Below are positions 24,101 through 35,108 of a stretch of DNA of 64,000 bases, piece after piece. The notes beneath the pieces are model-generated. The model searched no databases. It was not told the origin of the DNA and worked only from the letters and a program-made list of their open reading frames with translations. How positions within the stretch are numbered: position 1 is the first letter of the stretch; every line of letters starts with the position of its first letter. The position numbers and the translations under genes were made by a program. The DNA lies in contig JBLDXI010000023.1 in NCBI GenBank assembly GCA_047495785.1, positions 620,001 to 684,000 on the forward strand, given 5' to 3'. The stretch is from Lepidodermella squamata. Lineage: Eukaryota; Animalia; Gastrotricha.

Positions 24101-24259
24101 GTTTTTCAATTTTGCAAGACAATTTTTACACACGTCGTAGAGAGTGTCATAGCGTTGTTCAGCTCGTAAACAAAGCTCTATTGTCGTCGCTCACGTGGTA
24201 TACCTTTTGCGCGTCATTTTGTATAATTCAAAGTTTAGCGGGTAATTATGTGTTGTAAG

Positions 24260-24982
24260 ATGCGTCTAATTTTTTTAACTATTTACATATCAAGTCATGC
24301 GCTTGCTGAGCAGGGCTGTCAAGTGCCGACTGCTTTCTCGAAGATTCGGGTGTTTCTGCCCAAATCAAGCAACAACGCATCGTTACACAACGCAACCATG
24401 CCGATTCAGACGATAATCGTGGTCGTATGTTCTGGGAGGAATCATAGCGAAGCAGCATTCTGCGATGATAACGGACAATGGCAGCCAAGAATTCAGCATT
24501 GCTTTGAAAATCAAGCCGGGAGAGCCTTCAAGCAGGCCACTCTAGGTAGATTTTACCAGCATTTTTTGGAAATCTCTCAACTCTTGCAATTAGGCCCAGG
24601 GAGAACGCCAAGAACCAGACGCACAACGGCTGCAACAACGGAACCCATGACGACAAGTTAGGCCTTGATATCTTGCAGAATCTATTAAGTCCTTTTAAAA
24701 ATTTTACTTTCAGATTTTGATCAAGCAACTACGGAGGATCCTTCAGAGACGACAACGAAGAAGACCACGACAAGGACAACGGAATCTACGACTACGACAA
24801 AACGTAAGGACCAGTCGACTCAGAATCCGCAATCGCTTCCAACCGAGGCTATCATTGGCATCGTGGTGGGTAGTGTCGTAGTAGCGACTATTGCCATCAC
24901 TCTCGGTGTGTTCTACGGCACGTGTCAAGGCGAGCAGTCTAAACCTCGACCTGTATTAGAGACTTACATGAACTTGCCTTGA
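24260..24982 (+). CDS. Type I membrane protein: single sushi/CCP-like domain, Thr-rich stalk, TM helix, short tail; exons 24260-24656, 24714-24982
   Basis: CQVP...VVC...CDDNGQWQPRIQHC pattern; TT-rich stalk; AIIGIVVGSVVVATIAITLGVFY; 57-bp intron in phase. Confidence 0.8.
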
Positions 24983-25252
24983 AGTGCCATCTATGTACTT
25001 CAGATTTGTTAATAAAAACAACAGACAAATTATAACCGAGTTACTGAGTTCCGATAATAAGATTCGAAGTAAAAGGACTGATTCTCATTTGCATTCCAGT
25101 GGTCTGAACCCCTGCCTCTTTTACATGAGGCTGTTGCTTTGTTAGCATAATACAGTGATTATGGTTTAGCAAAGTTAAGCTTTATTAAGTACTGAATCCA
25201 GTTAATTAGTCCTTAGAACAGACACTTTAGGCTTCATACGTCTTAAAGGATT

Positions 25253-25827
25253 TTAGCATTGGGTGGGGTACTGCTCCTTGCCGAGGATAACTTTCTGGTC
25301 CTTACAGCAGGTCTGGTACATGGAGTCGTACGAAGCTGTTCCGCAGCACTTGATGGTGTAGCGGTTCCAGTCGAATGCGTTAGCGCCACAGCACTGGGTG
25401 AAGCCGAATGGGCCGTTGTTAGCGATGCCATTGCCGTCGTATTCGGAGAGGCAGAAATCTAAGAATGAATAGAAGTTTAATCATGTCTTCCAGATACCGG
25501 ATAATGGACTCACTCGGTTCGCCAGCAACGCACTCCTTGTTCGCGCCACGAGCAGCCAGCACAACGCCATTGCAGCACTTTTGGAGGTTCGGGTAGTAGG
25601 CAGTGTTTCCGCAGCAAGCCATTCCGTTGTTCGGATTGGCGTTGCCCTCACAGCACAGCGCCTTGTTTTGGTACACTCCAGTGAATCCGTCAGGGCAGGA
25701 GATGTCTGCGAATTATACGGATTAGAAAGGGAGTCAGGAAAAATGGAAAAGGGTAGAGCTAACCTTCCTTTGCAGGCCGAGCAGCAGCAACAGCCAGGAG
25801 AGCAGAAATCAAGACGGCAGCCTTCAT
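25253..25827 (-). CDS. Secreted galaxin-like di-cysteine repeat protein; exons 25827-25764, 25705-25514, 25458-25253
   Basis: Signal MKAAVLISALLAVAAA; repeats CCGNTAYYPNLQKCCNG and CCGTASYDSMYQTCC; junctions in phase. Confidence 0.8.
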
Positions 25828-26559
25828 ATTTAGGAACGAGTTTAAATTGGTAAAAGATTAAACGAAAAGGTAAGTTGTGACAAATTCGAAGCGATTCGAA
25901 ATCGCTTAAATAGAGGTTTTCAAGTTATCTCGTGAGACTGCTGCCTGTCGCGATAATCAAAGTTCCCATCCTATTTTTGCTAGCAGCGACACTCGATCTC
26001 GGCGTGGAAATCAGCACAAGGGATACCAGGCCCAATGAATGTAGTACTGCAGACGCGTGGGCTTGGTTCCGTCGCCGCCAGGGGCGTCAGAACCCCAATA
26101 CACGTTATCAATAAGGCGGTCAAATTTATTTGCGGACGAGGTGAGGACCTTGTCAGGTTAACCCAGACCTGAATAATGTTATTCCTACGCGAGTGGAAAA
26201 ACAGGTGTAATTTATCGTAATTTATTATTATACAGTGCTACCCGCAATGACCAAAAATGTTATTCGTAGTTTCTTTCTTGTATTTGCCGAGGCATCATTT
26301 AATTTATTTGTCCTTCGAGTTATATTAACACAGAATAAATTTATTTCGTCGGGACCAAAAATGTTCCTTATTATTTTCATAACCTTATCAGCGCGCAATA
26401 ATGGATCCTGGAGCTGCCAGGGAGGAAGAACCTTTTTGCTATATTTGTATGATATAGCACGAGTAAAGAGTCTATATCTGAACGGAGCCGGCCGAGATTT
26501 ACGAATCGGAACGAGTCGCGGACGAGTGGAGATGAGTAAATCGAGTAGGGCGAGTTCAG

Positions 26560-26600
26560 ATATAAACGATATAAACGATAAATAAATATAAACGATTTAC
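26560..26600 (+). repeat. Short tandem GATATAAAC repeat
   Basis: gatataaacgatataaacgataaataaatataaacgat. Confidence 0.6.
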
Positions 26601-27577
26601 GAATCAATTCCTCTAATCAAATTAGCTTGTGAATATGCTAATTAATTCACCCAGTAAACTATGAATATGCAAATGAGGCAGTTGTTTCGTTTTTTCCGAC
26701 GCCCTTTGTTGCGTACGTCCGCAGCGCTGTCAAACCTTTGCCCGTTTTTCAGATTCACATGAATGATCTTGGACAAGGTTTAACGCAATGTCACATGTGC
26801 GGATTTGTCTGGCGATGAATGCGGTCACATGCCAAGGAAAGCAGACGCTAAAAATTAACGCCGACAAGGCTCTGTAATCCGGAGTCCGCGGTGTCGCTCA
26901 GTGCCACTCGTGGTTTACGTTCGACCTTCTTCGCTAATTAACTGTAGGTAATCGAAAATTAAGGCCACGCCTCTCTCTTTTTTATAAGAGAAATCGAGTC
27001 GATGACTTCAGTCACGGAAACTTGGGCAATTGTCCCACCTGAGAAACCCTCACAGACTCGCGAATCATTATTTTCATATAAAAAGTCCTAATTTTTCTGT
27101 TTATAGTCTTTGATAATCCGGACATCGTTATGGAAAAAACGGATAATCCAATTAGCTTCGAACTTGGCAGTTTTTCCACCCTTGAATCGTCTCTCCAACT
27201 TATTTTTCGTGGCCATAATAGAGAAGCGGGGGTGTGACACGCGAGTTGCCGCTAATTCATAGCGACGCTAAGTGAATCGGGACGACAAAAAAACGAGACA
27301 ATCAATGAATGCGGCTAGTAATAATTGCCCCATCAGCTATCGGCTTTGCTTATTCCAAAAAAGGGATAAAGAAACGCTCCACTGTTCTAGCATGTCGAGA
27401 TCTCACGTGCAGTTTTCACCAATTAAATACCTCGTTTTTGCTTGTTGTCAACCTTTATTCGTCATGACCAACCTAACAACTTGTGACCATTTTCCACAAG
27501 AACAGGGCACTACAACTATCAGGAAACCGTCAAATTTTCATGTGGATTTTAGACGTTATTTTGTCATTTCGATTTCA

Positions 27578-28597
27578 ATGTCGACCTTCGTTTTTGCCTT
27601 CTCCTTGATAGTTTTCGTCGTTTTCAGCAGCTCGGCTGCTGAAGAGCTATACGATCGGGATGGCTTCTTGATATCGGCATCAAGTAACAACGATATCGCC
27701 TCTTCACCCGTGGGCAGCGAAAAAAGCAGCGGTTTAACAAGGTAAAAAAAATCGAGCAATCGAGCGCAAAGAAAAATTGAAAAACTTGAAAATTCAAGTA
27801 TTTAAAATCGAAAATTTAAACATTTGGATATCGAATTTGAGTTTCCAATTTTTTTATTGAATTTGATTTTACTGAATCAGAAAAAATGTCCCCAGAAAGG
27901 ATTTATGGAATTTTCCGCGGGAAATTTCATTGAATTTTTTTTAATTTCAAATTCAAATTTTTCTGTCCTATTTGAAAAATCTTCATTCTTGGCATAAAAC
28001 ACTAAAATCATGAATCTCTCATGAATATGCAAATGAAACAATGAATATTCAAATTACTGTGATTATGCAATTGAGGTCGCAATCTAATTTGCATTAAATG
28101 TGTGCATATTAATTTGAATATTCAATATTTTATTTGCATATTCACGGGAAAAAATCCGAATTTTCGTTGAAATTGACGTTGATTTTTTCTCCTTTAAAAT
28201 CGAATCATAACTCGGAAAAAAATTGAAAAATTGAAGAAATTAATTTTCATAATTAATTATTCATGTTTCTTTATTTTTCAGCCATTGTCCTAAATTGTGC
28301 CCTCGGGTTAAGACGAATAAAAAAGCTAAGAAGCCGCGGTCATCGAAGCGTTCATCAGACGCAAAGCCCGACAACAGTATTATTCACCCGGTGGTCGAGT
28401 CGATCCTGAACTCTTACGCCTCGCAGGAGCAGTGCCTCGCCGACTGCATGTGCGCGTCTTACTGTTCCATTTTCGAGTCCCTCATGGACATCGCCGTCGA
28501 GCAGTGCGCACCCGCCTGCCGGGCTGCCAACCCAACGAAAGATGCGGCGAATTTCTTCCCACGCCTCCGTAGCTCGCTTATGGAATATATCGAATGA
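27578..28597 (+). CDS. Secreted Cys-rich prohormone-like protein of unknown family; exons 27578-27741, 28282-28597
   Basis: Signal peptide, phase-2 intron, basic region ending in KR, six-Cys C-terminal module. Confidence 0.7.
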
Positions 28598-31500
28598 TAA
28601 TTTGGCAACAACAGTATAATTAAAAAATCTCATAACAATAATTTCCGATAATCGATGGACAAATTTATGTACCTATTTTATTTAGCAAAATTGTAATTTT
28701 CCAGAAGAAATTCACCACTTTAGATCTCAGCTACTATCCGGGCCCTAATAAATTATTGAACTCATCGATTAGCGTGTGAAAATTTTCAAGTCAATTAATT
28801 GTCGAGCCAATTAGCGGCAATGTACTCATTTTGCAGGGGAAACCACGCTTATAGATGACAGGTGGCAACATAACCTCGACGACCAATTCATCAATTTGAA
28901 ATACACACAAAAATAGCCAAAGTTCGTTTGGTGATTAGAAAGTTCGAATCGATTTTTGAGCTTGAGGTTTATTTCGTAAGAAAGTCGCAAAATGTGCTAG
29001 AATTAAATGTATCCGGATTTTTTCGATGTTTACCTTTTTCTTACTTGATCGATAATTTTTTCCTCAGCTGATATATTCGGACAAATCACTGATTTGCAGA
29101 ATCGATACTTCAAGGGAAAACCTAGCCTTGGAACCTACATGTGTAGGGTTTTTGAATTTCGTAAAATATTTCCCAACTTATTTTTTTATTGAATTTTTTC
29201 CTTAGACCCTTAGGGACTTTTAGGAAAGAAAAAATGCAACGAACAATTGAGAATTGAGGTGAGCAATCGATATCCATCACTTCGAATCACGTGTCACATT
29301 AGCTTTGCGACAATCATTAAAAACGAAATTTCCCAAGATTTATATTGACGAGGGACATTTTAACCCTCGCGCCACTACATTTTAGGAATTGGTACAATTT
29401 TTATTGATTATGAGTGACTGAATTCTCCCCGAAGCTGTAATAGCTCCGTCGAACGATGGAGATCGAACATCACATCGAGTGCAAACTTTCACACGTTCAC
29501 ACATGCGGTATAATTGCGGCAATAAAATCACGGAAGCGATGAATAATTAAACCAGACATATTGAACCTCTTTGCGTACCAAGCAGCTATTTATATAGCCC
29601 AGCAATTGATCGTCTTTCAAATTTATTCTACTTTCACTTTATTCTCATAATATTAGGAAAACCTGGAATGGACACTTTATTCAAGGTTAAGTGTATCGAA
29701 TAGCGAAAGGTGAACGGACGAGTGTCGCATTTTAATAATAAAAAAATTTAGAAAAAAAACGAATTTGACTAAAAATCTAACGGCGGGCTAAACAAGGTTA
29801 AAACGTATAGGTATAACAACAAGAGTCACTTTGCAGAATTCATGCTTTCGAATGTTAAAAATCAGTTGTTGCTCAAAATAAAATAAAAAGGTGATAACTG
29901 ATTTTTAGAATTTCGTCAATTTTTACCTGATTTTCAACAATATAACGCCCATTTACTCAACTTGGGGTCCCCTAATACAAAGTATGTATAATTTACTAAA
30001 TCGCTTCAATTAAACGCTTCAAAGCAGCATGGCCTCCAAAATAAACGTTATAAACAAGATAAATTAATAGTGATTTTTGCGAAGCAATTTAGGACCACTT
30101 TTTAAGGTTCGCAACCCAGGTGAACTTTTCATTTCCTTTTTATTTTTTTTTAATTGAGATTTAAGGCCTAAATAATCGATTAGTGGAAAACAAATTGTGG
30201 AGGTTTGGTTCGCTATTCCGCAAAAATCTTCGAAAAATCTGGAAAATCGGCTGAAAACGCGGCTAGCAGCCCAGTTCATGTTAAGGTTTCCAGAAATTAT
30301 TTGAAAAATTGATGTGATAATTATTGGGTGAACTGGGTGATAACGGTATTAGAATTTTTTATTTTTTATTTCATTTAAAAACAGTTTACCAGTGCAAGCA
30401 TGGTAGAGTGTGTCCAATAATAATCCGGAGTCTCATTTTTGAGTAATTATTACAAAATATCGAATTTCGCACCAATCACCTCGAGTTCAATGTCTAATTC
30501 CCAGCTGGCGAAACGGAGAATTTAAAAAAAAATCTTCTCATATTTCAACAAAGCCCACAGTGTCCAAGGTTACCGTGTCCACAATTACGGTGTACAAAAA
30601 TTCATTTTCCATCATTTTTTTCTGTAACCGAGATTGCGAAAGTGATTTTGAAGCCTAGTTCTCGGGTGTCTCGTAAGAGCTTTCATCCGAAAAAAATCCC
30701 GAAAAAATGAAACGATCAGCAGTAGTTCAAAAATTCGGCTATCCTGCTACATACTCTAGATTTTTTCGCTGAAAGCGATACCTAATTGAAAGGCTGCCGC
30801 GCCGAAAAGTTTCTAATTTCAACAAGAAATTAAAAATATTGTCTTCACTCATAGCTCATGTTACACCTGAGTGCACTATTTCAGAAAAAAATATTTAGAA
30901 AATTTGCGTATTCGTTTTCGAAAGGTGTTCACAAAAAAAAAGCCGCCGTAATTGCTAAAATGTCGGAGCTGCTTGAACTCCTCGGCGGCAAATGAGATAA
31001 TTGCACACACAACTTCATTGTCTGCAGCTCATCAATTAGTAATTCGCGACAAAGTCATTAAGCTAATTAAGAGCTGTGTTCTGGTAGCAGGTTTTGCGCG
31101 CGCGTGCGCACGCGAGCGAGCGAGTGAGAGCGCGTGAGAGATAAACTTTTCGTGCACGCGCGCTCGCTCGCTCACTCGTGACTCGCGTTACGGTCACCAC
31201 AGCGAGCGAGCGAGTAGTATATCAAGCGGCAAAAAGTGATGATTAAAATCACGGTTTCATTTATGCGCGCTGTATAGCTATTATAAATTATCTCTCGTGA
31301 CTGCATCTTTATTCTCATCGTAATAATATAATAATGGCTCATAATAGCCGGTAAACAGCGCGTGAATTTGATATAAAATAAATAAAATATTTAAGTGAAA
31401 ATTTTGTTCCTCATCCCGAGCGCAAACAAAAGTCAAGTCGCGCTATTGTTCCTATACACTTGACTATATAAGTAGTGTATGCGTTAAAGGTAGTTGATAA

Positions 31501-34500
31501 TCTGATAAATAAGGCGATGATATTATTAACACAGTTAAGTAATTAGGTAGCCATCTCGCGTTCGTTCCCACTCTCACGCACGCGATGAGCGCTAAACCGT
31601 AAAACAATAATCATCGTTATTATTATTTTTAATTATCATCTCATTATTTCGCATTTAGCTCCAATTTTATTAAAAATTTAATTAGCCAACTATTATTTTG
31701 TTGGAAAACATTAAGGCGGCTTTTAATTCATTTAGTAACTAATTTTCTAAAAAAATTTAAAATCATCAAAAAATTAAGAATAATTTGCTATATTTCCATT
31801 CATTTTCCAATCAAGGGTTAAGTTTAATTTTGAAAATTTTCATTATTTAACTAAAATTTAAATCCTTCGATTTGAGGAATAATACAATTTTTTAGGTTCC
31901 AGAGCTAAATTTCGCAAATTATTTGAAATTCCGGAATTTTCCTGGAAATATTGGAAAAATCACTGATTAGTAAAATCGATACTTGGAATCGATATCGGCC
32001 ATAGAAATTGGACCGCTTGAAACCCATATCTCGGGGAAATCTAACGTTGGAGTCTCAAATTTAGCGCTGGAACCCTTTGAATAAATTTGTAGCCGGATTT
32101 TTTCGAAAGACCAAGATCGATTTGCCAGGGCTGCAAATCTGTCCGGGTTCGCGAGCCAGGCATGTGGGCGGGTTTTAGTCCAAATTCATGTCCCAATTGA
32201 TGAATTTTTGCATTTTTCCAAAAATAAGTTTATTTTTACGTTTTTCGCAATAAAATTTCAAAATTTTTAATTAAATCGCGCAATAAATTTGAGACGTGAA
32301 GCTACGAGTGAAACAAATTTTCTCCGCCTAATTACTCGCTAATTTTCCATTGTTTCCAAGTGAAATAATTTTCATAACTCGATTGTTAAAATAGCCGAGC
32401 GCGTCTGGCGCGCAAAAACCGGATGGACGCGCTCGACCAGCGATTAGCACCCCACCCAGCAGCCCCACATATATTAGGTATATTGCGCATGTGTTGCGCG
32501 ATGCGATGCAAATTTTGTTATACTATCGCGATATAATTCATCACAAGAAATTTTTTCATCATCAACGCGCCCCTAAATAATAATTCATTATTCGATAATT
32601 AATCCGCGCGCGATAATTACAGTTAAAGTTCATCCATTATACGCGCTCGCGTGTATTTATTCATTTTCCGCTTGACTAGCATTTATTTGTCCACATACAC
32701 AGCAGTAACGGGGTGCAATTATATTAAATAATTGAGCGAGCAGAAAATTGAAAAATAAAATCTATTTAACAACGCGCCGTCGCCGCCGCTGCCGCAACGA
32801 GACAATAATAGTAGTGGAGATAAGTAATTATCCTCACCGATTTTCGCACGTATATCATCGACTGCGCCTCTCGATTAGCGCGAACTTTTACGCGAGCGAC
32901 TATTCACGTATTAGGCGATGGTTGGTATACCTATCACATCAGGTGGTATAGCATGAGGCGTGTTTAAAATTTATTAAAGTATTTATATTCCTAATAGCTT
33001 TCAGGGTGTCTAAACCTGATGAAAATAGCTGCGCGCGCGCGCACAGGCAGGCAGGCGGGGTGTTTAAAAACCTAATTACAATATAAAATTGCGCGCTGCC
33101 TTAATATTATTATATTAGTGCGCGCTTGGAAAACATCAAAGATGAAGCGCGCGCGTCAATGCAAAGCCGCGCCTCGAGGCGCGCAAAATCACCGCGATGA
33201 TGATGTATCTATGATGAAAATGAGGCCCATTAAGCGCCGCGGTAATAATGAGCAAATCGTCGAGTGGTATAGCAGCTCAGGTTTAAAATATTCAACAAAT
33301 TTGCGCTTAATTGCATAGGTATACATACTTACTTTTTACGTGCGCGCGTCTATAGATAGAGAGGTTTATTAACCTATAATATTGTTTTTATGATGGGTCA
33401 TCAAATAGCGCGCGAAATTGATCTTAATTTGATACGCTGTTTTTTCTCGCGCTCAAGTGGCTTGTTTTTCGCGCGCGCGCACGCCCTATCTACCAAAAAT
33501 CGCGCACTCGAAAGTGTCTCGTTTACGCCTCGGATTAACGTCCGATTTCAGGCTAGAAATCGAGATAGCAAACAGGATGTTTCGGGCCTCGTCTAATCCC
33601 GGCTGTTCAAGTGAGGGTGGTAAACAATGATGGCGCGTAAGACACGCAGTTTTATGGCTCTCCCGTCAACAATGGATTTGTCTTAAATTTCGCAGATTAA
33701 ATCAATTAATGATTTCAATGCAAAGGCTAATCGCGTCCCGTTTCATTGTTACGTTTTTTTCAAATCAACCTAAGTATTTATCCTAAACAAGTTTCAGACG
33801 TACCATTTTCAAATGTTCAGGGCGATTTTTTGTGTGAATTTCTATAACAACATTATCGCATTGTTGTTCAGTGGACGTAGGTCCCGCTAAAACCTTATAA
33901 CCCATAGACGCAGATACTTGGGACGAGGGTCCAATGTAGGTATAAATAGTCATAACATCTTCATATTACACTGCCATTCTGCCACGCTTCTGACAGGTTT
34001 AAACTCATTTTCGTTAATTTTCAATGAATTTTCGAAGAATGAAACTTCTTCTCCCTCGAAATCTTCCTCCTTAAATTTTACGAATTTTTCTCATTTTTTG
34101 AAAATTTTCTAAATTTAACTTGAGCGTTCGGCTATATTTTAATTTTCTCATTTCCTTCTTCGGTCTTGGAATATAGTGTCTAGCCTTTTTTGTTCCGAAA
34201 TTCGCTTGAAACACCTCAAATCTGAAGAATCAGCTTTGGAATGTGTGTTAATTTTAAAGAATTAATTCGAAATTTGCAACGCATTTCAAGTTTTTCCTTC
34301 TCATTTGTCCAGTTTTTTCATTCAAAATTCGCTTGAAAATATTCTCGTAAATTTTGTACTAAATTTCGAATTTTTTCAATTAATTTCAAAATTGCGAACT
34401 ATCAGGCCTTGATTCACTTGATTCACTTTTTCATATTTCCCTGCAATTTTTATTCAATTTAAGTCGCATCGCTTTTGTTGGGTTTTTGTTTCAAATTTGG

Positions 34501-34679
34501 CCTTCCGCAACTCTTGCGTTGAAATTTTCCAGGCACGCCACTCCTCATTTAGGAGCGGCTCGGCCGCTGTCACGCGCACAGGTGATGGATATCTCGTGTC
34601 ACCAGAAGCGCGTTAGCTTTGGCGGCTCGCGTTTGGCGGCCGCACCTGGCCATCAGCCACCGCATCGCAATTGACGAAC

Positions 34680-34810
34680 ACAAGAGCGAGCGAGTGAGAT
34701 GAGGCGGCTAATCTAGCACGAGATCGCGCGCGCGCACGCTGATTGGTCGGCGCACAAGCGAGCGCGCACGCTCATTGGCCGGCGGGCTCACACACGCGCG
34801 CGCACATACC
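34680..34810 (+). promoter_or_regulatory. Likely Rx proximal promoter: two reverse CCAAT boxes among CGCG runs
   Basis: ctgattggtc near 34740 and ctcattggcc near 34772, about 340-370 bp upstream of the ATG. Confidence 0.5.
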
Positions 34811-35108
34811 ACTTACTTACTATTATGTGTCTCTCAACCATTTCAACGCTATAAGCTGATTTTATCGCGCCGACAAACGAAATTTTTTATTATTACTTAT
34901 TACTGTATAATCTGAAATTGAGCAGTATTTGATACGCTTATCGCGGCCAGGCACGCCTGTGACCTATTTAAACTTAATTATTTCCTAACTGTATCGATTA
35001 TTTCGTTGCAACTTTTGGCCCAGGAAAAACTATGGCGAAATTAATCAAATTAATTAATAGGCAATATCCGTTTGTTATTTTTAGAAATTTATCGCGATTT
35101 TGAGCATC

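Noticed and set aside
31096-31215. GAGC/GCTC repeats as an AAV-like Rep-binding terminal repeat
   Set aside because: No parvoviral ORF or T-shaped hairpin; the motif recurs at the Rx promoter
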